Below are positions 60,859 through 64,000 of a stretch of 64,000 nucleotides of DNA, in pieces; position 1 is the stretch's first letter; every line of letters begins with the position of its first letter. Origin of the DNA: Lama guanicoe (Eukaryota); the NCBI GenBank assembly GCA_013239625.1, contig MU054204.1:867537-931536 (forward strand). The letters run 5' to 3'. A program made the translations under genes and the position numbers. The notes beneath the pieces were generated by a model. That model saw only the letters and a list, made by a program, of their open reading frames with translations. It was not told the origin of the DNA and did not search any database.

Positions 60859-60975
60859 TTTTTTAAAAATTTTTATTTATTTATGTATTTTTAATGGAAG
60901 TACTGGGGATTGAACCCAGGAACTCGTGCCTGCAAAACACGCACTCTACCACTGAGCTATAACCACCACCCCTCC
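60859..60975 (-). mobile_element. Vic-1-type SINE
   Basis: Consensus body. Confidence 0.85.
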
Positions 60976-61502
60976 AATCTTGTATCTTATCCCAAAGAAA
61001 ATGCGGGGTGGATTCAAGATTTAAGTGTAATTAAAATCATAAATATTACTGTGAGAAACAGGTCCATCCCTGATATTTGTAAGGCCAGAGGCAGTAATAC
61101 AAACATAGGCTCACAACCCCCCTCGTCTTAATCCCCCTTCCCCTGAGCCCCTCCTTTCCTTGGGCATATCTGTGTGGACTACACACATTTCTCCCACCAA
61201 ACAACCACCCCTTAGACCTAGGAGAGCTCACATCTATGGCAGAGTCCCCCTTTTAGGAGGAGAGAACCCAAAAGAGGCCCTTGCAAGCCCAGGAAGCAGA
61301 TTGACCAGGAAATTCTCAGCTTCCAAGTACCAGGAGGCTGGTCTGGAAGGAACAGGCAGCAGTTCTGGGAGGGCATCTCTCCTTGGCCCTTAGATGCCCT
61401 GTGGTGAGAGACATGTAAATTATAAACCACAAAGGAAAAGGCTGATACATTTGACTCCAAAAAAAGGAAAACTCAAGGACATTAAAAACAAACCGATTCT
61501 AT

Positions 61503-61826
61503 GCTTTGTTTGTTTGTTTTTTAAACAATGCATAAATACAAAACAGAAATAGACTCACAGAAGTAGAATACAAACTTGTGGCTGCCAAGGGGGCGGGGGG
61601 GGGGTGGGAAGGGATAGACTGGGATTTCAAAATTGTAGAATAGATAAACAAGATTATCCTGTATAGCACAGGGAAATATATACAAGATCTTATGGTAGCT
61701 CACAGAGAAACAAATGTGACAATGAATATATATATGTTCATGTATAACTGAAAAATTGTGCTCTACACTGGAATTTGACACAACATTGTAAAATGATTAT
61801 AAATCAATTAACAATGTTAAAAAAAA
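61503..61826 (+). mobile_element. Young L1 3' end with a short inverted 5' tip
   Basis: L1 3' UTR of the same type as 22500-22806, with TSD GATTCTAT. Confidence 0.88.
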
Positions 61827-62221
61827 GATTCTATAAAACAAGTATCAAGACTGAGAATAAATATGTGCAATGCTATGACAAAGAGTTACTCTCCTTAATA
61901 ATCAAATAACTTTTAAATCAGTGGGAAAGTGATGACCTGATAATGAATTATCAACAATATAAGCACACAAAGAAAGCACAACCTCGCTCATAATGGAAGT
62001 TATATACTACAACAAAAAGCCCTTTCTGACTTACCAAATTAATATTTTCCAAATGATAATATACAGGACTGTAAGAGTTCAAGAGTGTAAACTGATCAAC
62101 CTTTACCCTCCTATGTATCCAATTCTACTTTTTATAATTTATACCAAAGAAATAGTTAAGGATGTGACAAAGATTTGACTCAGGATGTTCACTGCAACAC
62201 TGATAGTGACAGAGAACAACT

Positions 62222-62347
62222 GGTGGGGGAGGGAATAGCTCAGTGGCAGAGCACGTGCTTAGTATGCACGAGGTCCTGGGTTCGATCCCCACTACCTCCA
62301 TTAAAAATAAATAAATAAACCTAATTATCTCCCTCCCCTCCGAAAAG
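62222..62347 (+). mobile_element. Vic-1-type SINE
   Basis: Consensus body and tail AAATAAACCTAATTATCTCCC. Confidence 0.9.
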
Positions 62348-62840
62348 AAATCTACCTAGAAGACAAAGGCCCTGAAAGTATAGAGTGGAGAGTCCACACC
62401 ACTTAAGGCTCTAGAGTTGTTTTCTTTCTGGATTTTATCTTGAAAGTAATATTCTTCCTCCCCGCCCCTCAAAGCCTTTTTCTAATGCCAATGTCTTCCA
62501 CACAAAACCAAACCAGTCAATTTGATGCACAATTAGCAGATAGGACAGGACAGAATTGAACACAGTGTTACTGGCAGTGCCGGTGTAGGGGGTAAGATGA
62601 TTTTTTTTTCCTACTTTTTTCATTTCAAGATAGAGAAGCTTCTGTTAAGAGTAACATTTCTGGCCTCTTTCTACCCCCTAACTAACTCCTCCCTGTGGAA
62701 AGAGCTACAGTTATTTGCTTGAGAGATTAGAGAATTTATAAGAAGAAATTCATGTTAAATCTAAATTTCAAGGTTGGCCCATAGTAACCACAGTTTAAAA
62801 ACAATTAATCTGTCTGCCCATTCATCTATACATACCTAAA

Positions 62841-62950
62841 GGAGGAGGGTATAGCTCAGTGGTAGAGTGCATGCTAAGCATGCATGAGGTCCTGGGTTCA
62901 AACCCCAGTACCTCTATTAAATATTTTTTAAAAGATATGAAAAAAATAAA
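62841..62950 (+). mobile_element. Vic-1-type SINE
   Basis: Consensus body. Confidence 0.88.
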
Positions 62951-63012
62951 ACATATGCACAGGCACGAGGTATGTGCTTAAGCAACACTGGCTGCCTGGC
63001 TAATCCAGGAGA

Positions 63013-63260
63013 TCAGAAATCAAAAGCCTTAGATAAGTAAGCTGTTCCTTGAGTGGAATTTTCTACATCTATGCAGGAAATGAGTGGGTCAAGGAAGACA
63101 CAGAACACAAATGGGTCCTTAACGAATCCCCACGTCAATGTACCGGACCTCTCTCCATCTTGTGCCACACAGAGCCTCCATTTGGTCAGCAGCAAACCAT
63201 GGCAGCTCAATGAACTGTCATCAATTTCTGCATGTACTTTTGAGGACAGAGGGGACATCT
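63013..63260 (-). mobile_element. Ancient CR1/L3-like RT remnant
   Basis: ORF track ..WGFVK..ISCIDVEN..AYLSKAFD resembles CR1 RT 'HGF.K...D.G..VD..YLDFSKAFD'. Confidence 0.45.
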
Positions 63261-63479
63261 ATTAAAACCCTATCCATCTTTCTCCAACCAGTTCAAATGT
63301 CACCTCCTCCCCAAGCCTTTCCTCCTCCTTACCACAGTTGCACATTACTTCTTGTCCTCTTAAGATTCTAAGCCCTTTGTTTCTACCACTCATTCCCTAC
63401 AACTTTATGGAGAGTCACGTGTGTACATGTTCTTTTACTAGATAAGAAGCTCCTTGGTGGCAAGGTCTAAGTTATTGAT

Positions 63480-63990
63480 ATTTTTCTTTAACTTTTTTTA
63501 TTGAAGTATTTACAATGTGTCAATTTCTGGGTACAGCACATTCTTTTCCACCATAAGCTACTACAAGATATTGAATATAGTTCCCTGTGCTATGCAGTAT
63601 AAACTTGTTTATCTATTTTATAAATAACAACCAGTATCTGCAAATCTTGGACTCCCAATTTATCCCTTCCCACCCCTTGCCCCCTTGGTAATCAAAAGTT
63701 TGTTTTCTATGTCTATGAGTCTGTTTCTGTTTTATAAGTAAGTTCATTTGTCTTTTTTTTTGATTCCATATATAAGTGATATCATATGGTATTTTTCTCT
63801 TTCTGGCTTACTTCACTAAGAATGACTTTCTCCAGGGCCATCCATGTTGTTGCAAATGGCATTATTTTATTTTTTATGGCTGAGTAGTATTCCATTGTAT
63901 AAATATACCACAGCTTCTTTATCCAGACATCCTTTGGTGGACATTTAGGTTGTTTCCATGTCTTGGCTATTGTAAATAGTACTGCTATGC
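63480..63990 (-). mobile_element. Young L1 3' end
   Basis: Antisense L1 3' UTR/ORF2 end with TSD AAGTTA(T/C)TGA. Confidence 0.92.
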
Positions 63991-64000
63991 AAGTTACTGA

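Larger units (their letters stand above)
1..64000 (-). other. CLCN5: Inferred intron of host gene CLCN5 (long 5' intron carrying the miR-532~502 cluster); no exon identified in the window
   Basis: Inference from synteny only: the minus-strand order and spacing 532-188-500-362-501-500 match the CLCN5-intronic cluster of eutherian X chromosomes. No ClC-5 coding sequence was seen. Confidence 0.75.

Noticed and set aside
3374..62950. tRNA-like heads (GTATAGCTCAGTGGTAGAGC...GGTTCAATCCCC)
   Set aside because: These are SINE heads with A-rich tails and TSDs, not tRNA genes.
63013..63258. KVHAEID motif reminiscent of a cytochrome P450 J-helix
   Set aside because: No other P450 motif is present. The downstream LSKAFD fits a CR1-type RT remnant better.

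Overview
Mammalian, non-coding, repeat-rich DNA, most likely camelid. The evidence is ~24 copies of a tRNA-derived SINE matching the camelid Vic-1 type plus many young L1 3' ends. No protein-coding exon could be supported. Bases ~1-10 kb hold, on the minus strand, the eutherian X-linked miR-532~502 cluster, which normally lies in a long 5' intron of CLCN5. Hairpins with exact matches to recalled human mature sequences are mir-532, mir-188, mir-500 (two near-identical copies) and mir-362; mir-660 and mir-502 should fall just left of the window. The same region also contains a decayed mir-501, two extra mir-500/502-like hairpins (~5.8 and ~6.15 kb), an extra mir-188-like hairpin (~4.9 kb) and mir-188/mir-532 hybrid relics (~13.1-13.6 kb). 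All of these sit in a ~14 kb degenerate tandem array with a ~40-50 bp unit (A(A/G)GCTCAC.CTCCTGCA...GCATGTGGGAGGG). Each mir-188/532 hairpin looks like two adjacent units, suggesting the cluster was born from an ancient minisatellite. The remaining ~50 kb is intronic DNA filled with L1, L2, CR1/L3, SINE, LTR and DNA-transposon remnants, a 35-nt U2 snRNA retrocopy and one assembly gap. miRNA and repeat identities are from memory of miRBase/Repbase-type consensus sequences, not from a database search, and repeat boundaries are approximate.
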